Origin: Utricularia gibba
Lineage: Eukaryota > Plantae > Magnoliophyta
Assembly: GCA_002189035.1 (NCBI GenBank)
Contig: NEEC01000004.1
Coordinates: 3,410,001 to 3,474,000, forward strand
DNA: 64,000 nt
Reading direction: 5' to 3'
Of this stretch, positions 24,200-38,586 are shown piece by piece. The translations under genes and the position numbers were made by a program. The stretch's first letter is position 1, and every line of letters starts with the position of its first letter. The notes under the pieces are model-generated. The model saw only the letters and a program-made list of their open reading frames with translations. It was not told the origin of the DNA and searched no databases.

Positions 24200-26890
24200 T
24201 TCTTACCATTTGAGATTAGAATGTGTCATTAGCGTTGAATAGTTTCACTCCTCATTTTCTTCAAAACTTAAATCTTCATAGTCCTCTTCATAACTTGATT
24301 CATAATTTTTCTTCATCTTTTTGGCATCATTTCAATTTTTAAGGCACACGCAAGCTTTCAATGTATTAGGAGCAAGCTTTAATCTTTTTATTGTCAATGT
24401 TCTCCCACTTGCTCTAAATGCACTCTCCGAAGGAACGATTGACACTGAATGAGTAAGAATATATTTGACCGTTCTAGCCAAAATAGGAAAATTTATAGAA
24501 TTTTTATTCCACCAAAGTAATATATCAAAAGAATCATTATCACTCTCTTCCACTATAGAAGTATCGTTATATAACATGTATTCTCTATGAGATAAAGTTA
24601 TAGAAAACTTGTGTACACTACGAACTATAGTAGAGGAATTTATAAAAAATAAACATAAAGTAGAAGGTATAGAACAATAGTATTCACATTAGGATTGAGA
24701 TCATACTCAACTTGATATACATTATACATAGTTTGAATATTAGAAATTGTATCAAACTTCATTTTTGAAATATTAAAATCAGTTTGTTCAAGAAAATATT
24801 TTCCAAACACATCAAGAAGAGTTTTAAAACTTTTTTTCTTTATCCTAGGATCAAGAATTGTAGCAACAATATATAAATAAGAATTTCATAATAATATTTC
24901 AAAAAAAATTTTGAATTTGTGCTATTATTTCATCAAAAGGAGGCAGCTTTGAAAATTTATTAAAAGTATAATAAATTTGAACAAGTTGATTGGAAAACCA
25001 AATATGTAGTTAGATAATAAGAAGTACTTAACAATTTAGTGACGGAATAGAAAACACCAAGCAAATTAGCAAATGTATCAATTATAGAAAAGATTGATTC
25101 ATTTATAATACCACTAAAACCAACAAGGTTTTCACAAAATTGAATCAAAGGCATTTTATAAGGCAATAATGCAGCAAGCATATCATAAGTATAATTCCAT
25201 CTAGTTTTGCAATTAATTGAAAAATGTTTGAATGTAAGATTTTGCTCAGAACATTAGCACTTCAATTTATTCCTTCTTGCATCACAATGCCTAAAATACG
25301 ATATCATTTTATGAAAAGGTCTAATGATAGAATCATCTTTATGCAATTTATCTTGAACACATAAATTCAAAATATAATATACACATCTATTATGAAAAAA
25401 AATTACATCTAATAATGGTAAGAAGTTGGTTTTCAAAAGAGATATAACAATATTATTAGTAGAAGCATTATCCATGAAGATTGCAAAAATTCTAGAAAAA
25501 ATTCTATACTCATAACAAATATTTACAATCACCTTATATAATGAAGATCCGAAATGTGAAGAGACCAATACCTGAAAGTTAATATTTTTTTCTACATAGT
25601 CCAATCATTATCAATCCAGAAGCATGTAATGACAATATAATTTTCATTATTTATATCGGTCCAACTATCACAAGTTAATGAAAATTTAGTAGAACTCAAA
25701 GATTCAAAAATTGGAAATCAATTTTTTCTATAAAATATTGAAATCATTTAAAATAATCTTTATAGATTTTTTACTTGAAAACCCCTTATATGCAATTTGA
25801 GCTTTAGTTTTCATTAATTCAATAAAATCTTCACCTTTCACAATATAAAAAAAAACAACTCTCTTGAATTTAACCAATGAACAAAATAACATGAATATAT
25901 CCAAATCAAAGTAAAAACATTAAATACCCTCCACTAATTTTAAGTTGTGGTTGTTTTGAATTCCTAACTATTTTATCTTTATGATATTTTATCATATGTC
26001 TTTTCATATTTCCAATCCTCCAATTTTTCCATCACCCTTTTTAGAAGTATAATTTTTTTCCATAGTAATTACAAACTACTTTATTAGACACAAATTCATT
26101 CAGATAAAAAGAATTCCACCAAATAGATTTTCTACTACTGGATTGACTACCTAAAACATCACATAAATTGAAACCTAAGTCTTCAGACTCAAGATCTATT
26201 AGTATGTTTTTATTAGACTCTAACTCATGGTCATCATTCATTTTAACATGTAAATTTTCAGAGCCATGGTCATTAGAATCTAACAAATCATGAGGAGCAT
26301 GAAATGTTCTTGAAACAGCCATTTTACCTTTTGTTACTTGATCGAATTTTGGAATCTCTTTCTCAATGGTTTAGCCTTCACCCCCTCAATTTCTGGAATA
26401 TCCATTCTGGGTTATTGAGTGCACAAGCAATTGACAAGGAAATGGAATCGACGATGTCAGTGCAACGATCGGAAATGGAATTGGAGATGTGATGATGGAT
26501 GGATTCTTGAGATGAATTATTAGGGATTAGGTAGATGGTGTCACGGTGGTTTGGGTAAAGAGGATTGTAAATATTTTAAATTATAATATAAAAATGTAAT
26601 TATTACAAGAATAAAAAAAATTAAATATATTCATTAATAAATTATGTGTGTATTGGATGGCTTGATAGTATTAATTGTGGTATTCGTGAATACTTTTATT
26701 TAATAATGAATAATAATATTTAAAATTTATAAATTGACCTATCGATGTATAGTTTGAATCATACGAGTTGCAGATTTATTTTACTTGGCCTAACCTATAA
26801 TCTATAAATAATGGGTTTGATCCACAAGTGAGCTCATTACTAGCAAATTGGGTCGGGTCGATAGGTTAGGTTAGCCCATGCCCACACTTA
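24200..26890 (-). mobile_element. Decayed hAT (Ac/SLEEPER-like) transposon; only one terminus identifiable
   Basis: BED-finger remnant (KSIWWNSF...VVCNY, about 26040-26130), MDNASTN, HNRCVYYILNLCVQD, dimerisation domain DILLWWNKNSINFPILAR...VPSESAF..SGR. TIR-like TAAGTGTGGGCATGGG (reverse complement of 26875-26890). Confidence 0.85.
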
Positions 26891-29299
26891 GTCACAATAG
26901 GGTATTAAAACTAATCTAGAACTAGTAAAGTATAAACTCAATTTCCAACAAACACACGTGATGAAATATATTAGATTGAAATTATAGTAAATATAAGGTG
27001 ACACTTTAAGGTTCAATGAATGGAAAACTTCTCACTTATCTCGTTCTAACATGATATGAATTTTTTTTTTTTTTCATAAGAGATTTAAGTCTATCTAAAT
27101 ATTCCACCTAACTTTGGTCTATCTTTAGTTAGATTTTGGTGGATAAATGCATTACTCTTCTCTGCTTCAAGATCTATTCTCGTTGGATAAGAAAAGATTA
27201 AAGGATTTTTGTTACGAACTAAGAGGCAAAGAGTAACCCATCTTCTTCTACCCTAAGTCATCACTTTTTCATTTAGCTACTCATGTAGAGTGAGAACAAG
27301 GTAAGAGGATAAAATAAAAACATACAAACTTTTCCGTGTATCAATAGTCAAACAAAAAAGATGTGTAGAAATTAAACAAAGTAAGTTCACATTGAAAGTG
27401 AAAATAATTTTTTTTGTTCTACCCCCAATCACTATTAGTATTCCATCCATTGTTTCTTGGTACAACCTGTTAAAATGTTTTTCAATTCTTTTTTCTTCTC
27501 CTCTCTTCTGGGTTGTCCCTCCCCCGGAAAAAAAATCCACCTCCATTTTTGCCAAAATCTTCTCGATTTTTTTCTCTTCCCCTCTCCTCATTTCCTTGAA
27601 ATATGGTTGTACCTTATTTCTCCACTTTTTAGTTTGTGTATTAGACTTCCAATCTACCGTCCCTGTACTAAAACAGGGTCTGTTAGACGTGGATATTTGG
27701 GATGTGACTCAAAAGTAATCAATTGTACTCAAGCATACATGATTAGTGTCAGGTAATGATTAAATTACAGATTTAGCCCTAATTTAAAAAAGAGATAAAA
27801 AAATTAAGATAACATTTCTAAAAAATACTATAAGTTACTCGACATCCAAATTTTTAATATAAAACATACAGATTTTTTTACTTAAAAATCTTAAACAGTT
27901 ATGTGTGATCATGTAACTATAAACATGTCTTAACTTTCATTTTATGAAGATATTTTGCTTAATTTTAACATAAGTAGCTATGGTATAAGTGATGTCTTGA
28001 AAAGAAATGAGAGTGTGTTAGCTTAGTTAAGCTTTAAATGAGTAGTATGCTTGTGTATCTTTTCCTAATAAACTAGAGTAGATCTAGGAAGGAAGAAAGA
28101 TAGTACACCTAATAAAGTAATCTAATGTAGAGATAGATCAAAGGTTTGATAAATGATTAAAAATAAACCACAATAAGATGATAAAGATCATTTGAAAAAT
28201 GATGAAAATGTTGTATAACTGGACACTTTGGATAGTAAGATTATTTTACTTGGACCAATCGTAATGAATAAGAACAAGAAGATTAAAGCTACACTTAATT
28301 TTCTACTCAAAAATATTAATTTAGAAGTTGGGTTTAATAATTTACTACCAAAATAGTTCAACTACGTAAAGTTGGATCTACTTTAAAACCCAAAATATCT
28401 CTTTATCTTTGATATGTGTCATTGGACTTGTTAGCCTCTCATTTTTTTTAATTTGAATTTGGTAATGTTAGAGTTCAATTGTAGAATTAAATATTTTAGA
28501 AATGTATTATTGAAAAGATCTTTAGGTTATTTCATGAATATTGTAATGATTTTTTTTTCGTTGAGTACTTAAATATTCTTGATTTATGAAGCTCATGAAC
28601 TTATAATGTCTAAAGATTATCACTTCGAATTCATTCTCATTCTAAAGTGTGGTTTCTAATTTTTTTTTTATAATATGATTATAAAAGATTCATTCTCTTT
28701 AAAATAGATTTGAGCGGATTCCTTTTAAACAGTAAATCTTCTCATATTACTAAGTTGTTAATCTCTTTAAATTAAAGGATCATATCAGTTAAATAATCAG
28801 AGTTTCTCATATAGAAATCAATATGATTAAGTAGACTTAGTTTTAGAGTGGGATACTCTAAGGAGGTTATATGAAAAACCAAGGAATATGAATTGAGCAT
28901 ATGATAAGTGATGTTCGGGTTTAGAGTTTAGGGAGTGACATCCCTTCCACTAATACATTGAAATAAAAGTCACCTTCATGCCTTCTACCTAATGTATGTA
29001 GTCTCCAAACCAAGGCTTATTGGGTGGAAGAAGACATCATCATTTCGGGATATGGTGATGCCTTAGACTCAAATTATATGCTCAACATTTTTTTTTTTTT
29101 TTTTTTTTGGGAAGCCCTCATCTTTTACAACTTTCATATAGTGCTTTCGGACACGTATAACCAACCATAGGATAAGTTCTTTTTTCCTTTTTTTCATCTT
29201 TATGAAAGATGTCTAAGTAGGTATGACGGCATGAACCTTGTACACCTTAGGATTTGAGTTTGAACTATTATAAAAAGTCTTATGGAAAGCAACAATGCT

Positions 29300-30380
29300 T
29301 CGATTAGTGTTTTCATAAATTCCTTAACCCGCCCATCACCCATCTTTTAATTTCACCTCTCCAACAATTCAAAAATGGTAATGGGTGAAAGTGAGTTCAA
29401 TTTTTTTTCAAACACGCCAATGCAGGTCACTCGTGGGTCAAAGACTGGTAACCCGCCAACCCATCGGATCAGTCATTAAAAGTATTATTAAATGAATATA
29501 TATATATATATAATTAATATTAATAAATTTTGTTACTCTTTTCCACTCTCCAAATTTTCAGAAATCCATAGTCGTGGAGTTGATAATTTTGAAGACACGC
29601 TACCATCTTATTTTATTGTTTATTATTTGGAGTTGTAGTGGTTAATTATAAAAGTGTTCACCTTCTTATTTTAAATTGTTTAATGCTTGTAAATTTATTT
29701 AATGTATTACTAAATTTAAAACTAAGAAATAAATCATGTTTTTCAAATAATATAAGCTTTTCAAAAAAAAAATCAACTTTTAAAAATAAATTAAAATATG
29801 AAAGATAAGGATTTTGCCTATTTTTATATTCATATATTCCATTTGAAAAACTTTTGAAAGATAATGATTAATATGAATTATGTTTTTAATTCAAATTATT
29901 TATTATTTTTAAAAATTGAAAATTTTTATTTATTTCATAAAATATAGTATATAATTATATATGTATTTTTATTACTTTAAATCAAAGAATAATGGCTATT
30001 TTTATAATAAAAACTGCACAATGTCCACTTTTCTAATACCAAAACAGACAGTGAAGATTTTTGTAAAAGAGGCGGGCGGAGTTGTAGTGATGTTAGAGTA
30101 TTAAATGAATAATTACATTTACCATATATATTTTGTTGTTAGATTTTGACTATTGACTGCTATGTTAATGAAATAATGAATCTTATTAGCTGCAAATGCC
30201 AAAATAATCATTATTAACCGGGCAAAGCACCCTCCATGAACCAACCGCAAATCCACCTGCCCTGCCGGTCTGAAATAAAAAAAATTGAACCGATGGATGG
30301 TTCCAAAATTATATAACCCGCACCCGCACCCGCGGGCAGTGGGTTGGGTGGAAACTGGAAACCTGCCCATGTACCCTCAT
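29300..30380. mobile_element. Possible non-autonomous hAT-like (MITE) remnant
   Basis: Clusters of ACCCG subterminal motifs at 29310-29470 and 30200-30370 around an AT-rich core. Ends CCTGCCCATGTACCCT. No TSD resolved. Confidence 0.35.
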
Positions 30381-31777
30381 CAACACTCCTAGCTTGGATA
30401 CATAAATCATTGGGTATTTCCCCGCACATGCACTATTCTGAGGAACTGCCCAGAAGTAGAATAGAACCGGTTCTGAGGAAATTAATCACTAATGTTTTTT
30501 TAAAAAATAACATAATGATCCCCCTCCCTCTCCTCTACATTACTGCTAGTAAGATATTACTTGTGGAGAGAAGACCTTGATACGAAGTATGCAAAAAAAA
30601 AGGACCTAGATATATATATATAGTGGTATGGGAAAATATTTCCCTTGGAAGCAAACACCCCAAGCACAGAGTACCCAGAAACAATCTCAAATAAAACTTG
30701 ACAAGTGAAGGAAGTACCTAGAGAGAGAGAAATGCAAAATGCTGCTCATGGAAGAAAGACTGCAATGACAACAAGGGAAGCAAACAGTGAGTCCGGCAAG
30801 GGGCATGCATCACCACTGTAGAGCTAGCTCATCAAGGGTTTAGTGCCCAAGAAGAAACAAACAACAATGTCGATAAACTTTAATGTATCAAGGAAAGGAT
30901 CTCATCTCCCCCAATTGATATTATAGTGTATGATTCCTTTTAATGCGATGGAGAGGAGGATCAACTTGATGCACCTTTAATCCATTCTCATCCATCTCCT
31001 AACTGCACCCACCTTTAATTGCCCTTCTCGGTGCTCACCATCCTTAGATACAATGATAACCACTAGTTGTCTCCAGGGAACCTCTAACTCATCTTTTCAT
31101 ATTATTCTCTCATGTGAACCAACCAACATAAGCAGCAGCATTCTTAGTTTTCTTCTTCTTCTTTTTTTTTTTTATCACAAGCTATACTCGAAAACAACTC
31201 TGAAAATTATTTTTTCAATCATAACAATGAATATTCATCCCCCATTAATTTTCAAATGTATGATTTTGAAAATTAAATTATTTTTGACAAAAAAAAGCAC
31301 AAGATTGAATAACTATTAATCGAATACAACAAATCTTATTGGAATGACGGCTCAATTTCATTGGGCTTCTACCTATTTTATAAGTGAATCCAACTGCATA
31401 ATTTGAGAGAGAGCCAGAGCATGCATGATAAAATATTGGTTAGGACCGGTCATGTAACCGTCGCACTGGATCCCACTTCCCACCCGGCCGATCCGATAAT
31501 TGAACTCTCTCAACCGCGTCAGACTGAAAGCCCTAAACCCTCTTTCCTTCCCCGCATCGCACTCGCATCCTCGCCACCCAGCTTCTTCAATTCAGTTGAC
31601 CGATCCACCATTGTCTTTGCCTTTTTTTCAGTCTTCCTGTCAGTTTTAGTCATTCCTGTCGCCTTCAATCGCGACTTTGCCTGAACTCCGCTCCCCCACC
31701 CCCACACACGCCCAATTTTCTTTGTTTCAGTATATTGCAATTCCAAAACTGTGGGCTTTCTTCCTGCTTTTGCTTAA

Positions 31778-34700
31778 ATGAGTAGCAGCACTGCAAATAA
31801 TTCAAACCCCAACTCACATTCCCATCCTTCCCCTAAGGCGCCACTGCCTCAGGAGGAGGAACCCTCATCATCTCCTGTATCTCCCTCGGCTAACAAGTCT
31901 GTGGTTGAAGAGTTCCCCGGAATGGTGGAGAAGCTACAGCTAAATCTCGCTGTTGTGACCACAGGTGATTTCATGGAGGAAGATTCTGCGCGCCCGGAAA
32001 CCGTTTTTTGTATCAAGCTTAAGCAACCATCGTCTAATTTGCTGCATAAGATGAGGGTTCCGGAGCTTTGCCGGACCTTTAGGTTGGTTTTATTCAATAT
32101 TGGCTATCTATCTATAGGTTGTGGGGTAGCTTCGTATTTGAGCTACTGTGAGCTAAAAGGATAATTTCCAATTTTTTTGCGCTTATGGTTATGGTAAATT
32201 GTGTGATTATCACCTAAGAATCTTGTCGTCTGTTATCAATTGCTATATGTAGTTGAAGATGAGTTAGGTTTCAGTGTATCTTTATGGGGTTGGGGAGTCG
32301 ATCCTATTCTGATCACTTCGAGAGTCATTCCACATTTGACATGCTTTTTCTCTTGATTTCATTTGAGGCTTATTTCTTGTTTTGTTTTTCTGTTCCTATG
32401 TTTGATTATACGTGCTAAAGGGTTGCTATTTTATAGTGCTGTTGCTTGGTGTCCAAAGTTGAATGCCATAGCTTGTGCATCAGAGACGTGCGCCAGAATT
32501 CCAAGGTAAGATAAGCGTTTTATCATGGCCATTTTTCCTGGTTCCTCAATGCATGACGTAAGAATCTTAATCCCTCTGGCATCATAGTGTTTAATTTAGG
32601 GTTTATTTAGGAGACATTATGAGGGTCAGGTGCTTTGAGTTTTGGAAACTGACGCCCCTTGTATGCCGTTTCCTCATAATTTAATGTTACCGAAATCATG
32701 CAATGCTAAATAATTTCCACTCATTATTCTGTCTGAAGGTCAGAATATCAATCGGCATAAATTTTATAATGATTGACAGTCTATGGAACTGTGTCAAGAA
32801 TCACAATCAGATTGGCTCGTTCATTTTTTGAAGTGATGAATGACTTCTTATATTCTTGTGTAACCATGAAAATTATGATGCTCTTTTTGTTTTTTTCATT
32901 CCAGTTCAACTACAAACCCCCCATTTTGGATCCCCATACATATTGTCATCCCCGAGCGGCCAACTGAGGGTACGGTTTTCAATGTCACTGCAGGTAATGT
33001 GCAATTGTGGTACATTACAATTGATGGCGAAGTGTATTACGGTTTAATTGATGGCATTTTTCTTAATCCTTTTTCTGTGATAGATTCGCCCCGTGATTCA
33101 ATTCAGTTTATAGAGTGGTCTCCTATTTCGTGCCCACGTGCATTGCTTGTAGCCAATTTCTATGGCCGAGTAACCATTTGGACACAGCCTTCCCAGGTGC
33201 ACTAGCTTTTATTTGTTTTATTGTTTGCAATATCAAATAAGTCGATAATTTTTTTTCCAATTTTGCATGACATGTGTATTTACCTTCTCCATCATCAGGG
33301 GCCAGTGAATCTTGTGAAGGACGCCAGCTATTGGCAGCTTGAATACCAGTGGAGACAAGATATTGCGGTTGTTACAAAATGGCTGTCTGGTGTTTCTCCA
33401 GTATGTGGTTTTCCTTTGTTTGTTGAGATGATCAGCTTGAGTTTATATGCTGATTTATATTGTCATAAATAGTACAGGTGGCTATCTTCTAGGTCGACTG
33501 GTTCAGGAAAGATGACACTTGCTGAAAAGTTTCTTTCACAGCAACCATACGTTCCAGGTTCTATTTTTGCTATATCTATCCCTTATCCACTCTCGGAAAA
33601 TTGGTCGTTATCACTATTGAAATGCCTGCATTATTTTATTAGTTTTGTGTTTCAAGTTATCGTGTCAAGTGCATTTACATTAATCATTGTGTATCCCATA
33701 AAATCAAAGGCAGATACGTTTTTTGTATATTCAGTCTTTAGTGTCGATATGTTTACTTTTTCAAGTACATTACCATGGCTTTTTTATCCTCGATAAACGG
33801 TCCTCAATGCACAGTTGTGATCTTGATTGTTTCTTATGCATCACAATATAAGACAACTTTTATTGGAAAAGGTTTTCTTGTTTCAATCTGGCATGTTTTT
33901 CTGCTGATTATTTTCTCAAAGAAGTGTTGTTTTTGAAAATGTGATCCTTGCATAATTGAATGGAAATTTTTGCTTATTAGTATCCCATCAGCAAGTTTGG
34001 TTGTCTTATACAGTGTCATGACTTTAATTTTGCTATTTACCATTCTTGTTGCAGCTGGTTGGCCAAATTTTCTTTGTGTCTGCACTGTATTTTCGTCAGG
34101 CTCTGTTCAGCTTCACTGGTCTCAGTGGCCACCTAATAAGAATGGTTCACAATCCAAATGGTTTTGCACTAATAAGGGTCTTCTGGGTGCTGGGCCGTGT
34201 GGAATAATGGCTGCTGATGCAATTATTACTGACTCAGGAGCATTGCATATCGCTGGTGTTCCTATTGTTAACCTTTCCACTGTTGTTGTTTGGGAAGTCA
34301 TGCCTGGCCCTGGGAATGGTTTTCATGTGACTCCAAAGGCAACTGTTTCTAATGAAGCTCCACCATCACTTAACCCACCTTCTTGGAATGGGTTTTCCCC
34401 ATTAGCCGCATATCTGTTCAGCTGGCAGGATTTCCTTGAATCAGAATCAAAACAAGGGAGAAAACGGACAGAACAAGACTACTGTGACATGGTGGCGCTT
34501 CATTGTTCTCCAGTTTCAAATTTTTCAGCGTATGTGAGTCCTGAGGCTGCGGCCCAATCAACAGCAGTCACAACATGGGGTTCTGGTGTTACTGCTGTTG
34601 CCTTTGATCCAGCCCGTGGTGGTTCTGTGATATCTGTTGTCATTGTGGAAGGTTCTCTCAGATAATGTTTTTTAAGCCCAATACATTGATAAGATCTTTC

Positions 34701-37700
34701 TAGAACGTTGAGTTGGTATACCATCAAGTTTTTGTTCTGGAATGTGTTGGCCCATGACTTTGATAACTGATTTATGTTTCCTTGTTGGCCATTGAAAATT
34801 TTTGAGACTGAACTGTATGCATCTGCGGTGATAGAGATGTTATCGCATTTAATATTTAGAATAAGCCTGCCCAGTTTCTGTGTTGCATTTCACTGTACTC
34901 AAATTTGGTCTCCCTTCATACAAACCCTAGGAAGTTTTTTTTTTTTTTTTTCTTATGCACTCTCTTTGCTGGCCTGCTTTCCTTTTCAATTTTGATGGCT
35001 TATCTTTGTGTATGCAGGGCAGTATATGTCTCCATATGACCCTGATGAGGGCCCTTCAGTCACAGGCTGGAGAGTGCAACGCTGGGAATCTTCTGTTGAG
35101 AATGTTGTTATCCATCCGATATTTGGAAGCCCTGGTTCAAACTTCAACATACAAGCACCCAAACAAACAGTGTGGGTGAGTAAGGTTATAAAATGCATTC
35201 CGACATCAAACTGCTTTTTCAAGTTTCCTGGAGCAGCAGTTTCACCAATCATGGATGGGAAGAGTCCTGAATCTAGTATTGAAAATGTTAAAAGTGTCAG
35301 TTTTGATCCATTTGATCTGCCTAGTGACATAAGAACTCTTGCTCGAATTGTTTATTCTGCTCATGGAGGTGAAATTGCTGTGACTTTCCTACGAGGTGGG
35401 GTTCACGTTTTCTCCAGTGCAAGTTTCAGCTATGTAGACAGCTACCAGATTAACTCAGGCGCTGCAATAGCTACTCTGGCTTTCTCATCTACCAGTTGCT
35501 GCTCAGCTTCCGTTTGGCATGACACTAATGAGGATTGTACTGTGCTTCAAATTGTTCGTGTTCTTCCCCCACCAATTCCTTGTGGTGAAACAAAAGCTAA
35601 TTCTGCAACTTGGGAACGGGCTATTGCTGAAAGGTAAGAAAAGTAACCACAACAGGAATTTAAATTCTTGAAACTGAAGTGATATGAGATTTTCTATGTT
35701 AATTCGGGTGGTTCACAACTCTCAGTTGGCACATGACAGATTTTGGTGGAGTCTTTTGGTTGGAGTTGATTGGTGGGATGCAGTTGGCTGCACGCAGAGT
35801 GCAGCAGAGGATGATATTGGTGAGGATTTTTTTGCAGTTGGTATCTGACAGATTATGGTGAAGTCTTGTAATACCAAAACTGCTTTTGTAAATTATGTGA
35901 AGCATTCACTCATTCAGTACTTTTTAAAATGCACTTGGTTGACTTTCTCATCATATCTTTTTCGAATTTTACTGGCTTTCTTTCTGTCGCTTTGAGAAAC
36001 CCATCCAGTTGTAGAGTGAAGAAGAACAAACAAGTCAGGAACTATCTTATTTTATTTTTTCTATTTTCTAGAAGCTATGATTGTCCCTTCTATCCTTGTT
36101 TTCTGTGGGGCTTGTTGCATATTCATATTTTTTTTTTCAGTTTCACTTGGCAGTGTTATTTCTGTTTTGGATGCTGATTTTCATTCGCTTCCTACTCTCC
36201 AGCATCGGGAGCAGTATGGACCTGTGAGTTGGCTTCTATGATAATCTCATGGTTTTCTCGTTTTCCTCTCTTGTGAAATCTGTTTTGAATTTTCAAAATT
36301 TGGTACTGCAGAGTTTGGACCGGATAAAATGCAGGCTGCTGGAAGGTACGACAGCTCAAGAGGTCAGGGCTATGGTCCTCGATATGCAAGCTAGGTTGCT
36401 ACTAGGCATGCTTGGTAAAGGAATTGAGTCAGCCTTAATAAATCCTTCTGCCCTAATGCAAGAACCTTGGCAAGTATCAGGTGATACATTATCTGGTCTT
36501 GACCCTGAAGCTATGGCAGTTGAACCAGCACTTACTCATAGTATTCAGGTGTATTTATTTGCTTCCTTAGGTTGTGTTTTTTTATCTTCTCCCCTTTGAT
36601 CCCTCGTATTGTATGCACCTCATTTTATGCTCTTTGTAACAGGAATATTCTCTTAAGTTGCTTTTGAATTATGCAGGCTTATGTGGATGCCGTTCTTGAT
36701 CTGGCATCACACTTCATTACACGCTTACGGCGTTATGCTAGTTTTTGCCGCACACTTGCTAGCCATGCCGCCACAGCAGGCACAGGAGGAAGCCGTAATA
36801 TGGTAATGAACACCACACAGAGTACTAGTACCAGCACATCTCAGGGTGAGTTTATCATACAACACGTATTTTCTGAATTTTCAATCTGTGCTGCACTTTA
36901 CCCGTTCTTCCATTATATATAATCTTTACTCTTTCTCTTTCATCTGATTGTAAAAAATTCTTTATCAGGATCTCAAATTGGAAATGCGAACTCCCAAGGT
37001 AGCAGTAATGTGCAAGCATGGGTTCAAGGAGCTATTGCAAAGATTACTGGCACTACTGATGGTGCACCTAATTCAACTCCAAGCAATATAAGTGGTCCTT
37101 CAACGTTCATGCCAATAAGCATCAATACTGGAACCTTCCCTGGAACACCTGCTGTTAGGCTGATTGGGGATTGCCATTTCCTGCAGCGGTTATGCCAGCT
37201 TTTGCTGTTTTGCTTTTTCTTCAGACGAAGCCAATTACCTCGTGTTGCTGGAGCTGCTCAAAGAGGTGTAGATTCATCCATACAAAAGCCACAAACAGGT
37301 GCACCTGGAAAAGCAGAAGATTCCAACTCAGCCTCTGTTAAACTTGCATCAAATGGCACTAAAGCCGATGAAACTCCTGTAACAAGGGGTGGGAATGCCA
37401 GAAGTTCTGACGAAGGTCCAACCAGCAAATCGAGAATAGGTTCTGGGAATGCTGGTCAAGGGTATACTTTTGAGGAGGTAATTGTGCTCCAGATGTAGAT
37501 TTACCTGTCATTTGATTGGGGTTTTTGAAAAAAGGGGAAACCAAGAATAGTTTACCAGATACTTGTGTTGTTTTTATATGCTATTGAAAACTTTCACTTG
37601 GATTCAGGTAAAAGTGCTTTTCCTTATACTCATAGACCTCTGCCGGAGAACTTCTGGATTGCCGCATCCACTCCCAGCTTCTCAGGTTGGGAGCAGCAAT

Positions 37701-38514
37701 ATCCAGGTTCGACTTCATTACATTGATGGAAACTATACCGTTTTGCCTGAAGTTGTGGAAGCTTCTCTTGGTCCGCATATGCAGGTAATAGTTGTTTTCT
37801 AATATCCTTTTCAACATTGCTGCACCGAGGCAAACCTGATCATTTTAACCAGCATGCTTGAATTTACTTTTTCCTTTCTCTACGTAGAATATGCCCCGGC
37901 CCAGAGGTGCAGATGCAGCTGGCCTACTTCTTCGGGAGTTGGAACTCCATCCTCCTGCTGAAGAATGGCATAAAAAGAACATGTTCGGTGGACCTTGGTT
38001 AGACCACCCAGACAATAAATATTTTTCCGATGAAAGTTATAGCAGGTTTTTAAGCTCAGCAGATCTGGGGGGTGTGAGTTCATCACAGAGTGCAGAAGTG
38101 CATAGTGGCGCCCATACATTGTGGCCACGAAAGAGGAGGATGTCTGAGCGAGATGCAGCTTTTGGATTGACTACCTCAGTTGGTCTTGGTGCCTATTACG
38201 GTATAATGGGATCTAGAAGAGACATCGTGACAGCTCTTTGGAAAACAGGCCTTGAAGGCGTATGGTACAAGGTAAGCGCTCGCAAACGTAGCCAGTTTTG
38301 TCGCTTTTTGCATGGATATTTGTAAGGACCCTGTTCAATGATTTGTGCTGTTGGTTTGCATGTTGTGCAGTGCATAAGATGCCTACGCCAGACGTGTGCT
38401 TTTGCTTCTCCTGGGGATGACAAGTCCAGTCTGAGCGAAAAGGAAATGTGGTGGATCAGCCGGTGGGCGTATGGCTGCCCAATGTGCGGTGGGGCGTGGG
38501 TTCGAGTTGTTTAG
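31778..38514 (+). CDS. MED16: Mediator of RNA polymerase II transcription subunit 16 (SENSITIVE TO FREEZING 6), about 16 exons, apparently intact
   Basis: VFCIKLKQP.SNLLHKM.VPELCR.FSAVAWC, PPFWIPIHIVIPERPTE, WPNFLCVCTVFSSGSVQLHWSQWPP, FWWSLLVGVDWWDAVGCTQSAAED, C-terminal CIRCLRQT...WISRWAYGCPMCGG.WVRVV*. The first 8 exons were checked in frame. Confidence 0.95.
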
Positions 38515-38586
38515 ATTAAATGGCTTGTAGATTGTATCCTGTGCAGTGCAAAAGCACCCATCCTCACTAATTAGATAGAGAGGTGT

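Noticed and set aside
27000-28900. Further LTR fragments (CATGAGTAGCTA-like motif on both strands)
   Set aside because: Probably old Athila-like debris, but ends and orientation could not be supported.
29085-29260. Poly(T) run as a LINE/SINE tail
   Set aside because: No TSD, Pol III boxes or RT/RNase H motif could be supported next to it.
30600-31050. miRNA precursor or small ORF (MQNAAHGRK..., 29 aa) upstream of MED16
   Set aside because: No match to conserved plant miRNAs I recall, no clear hairpin, and the ORF has no recognisable motif.
32941-32960. Suspected frameshift in MED16 exon 3
   Set aside because: On recount the C run has 4 bases and reads IVIPERPTE in frame, consistent with the ORF track.
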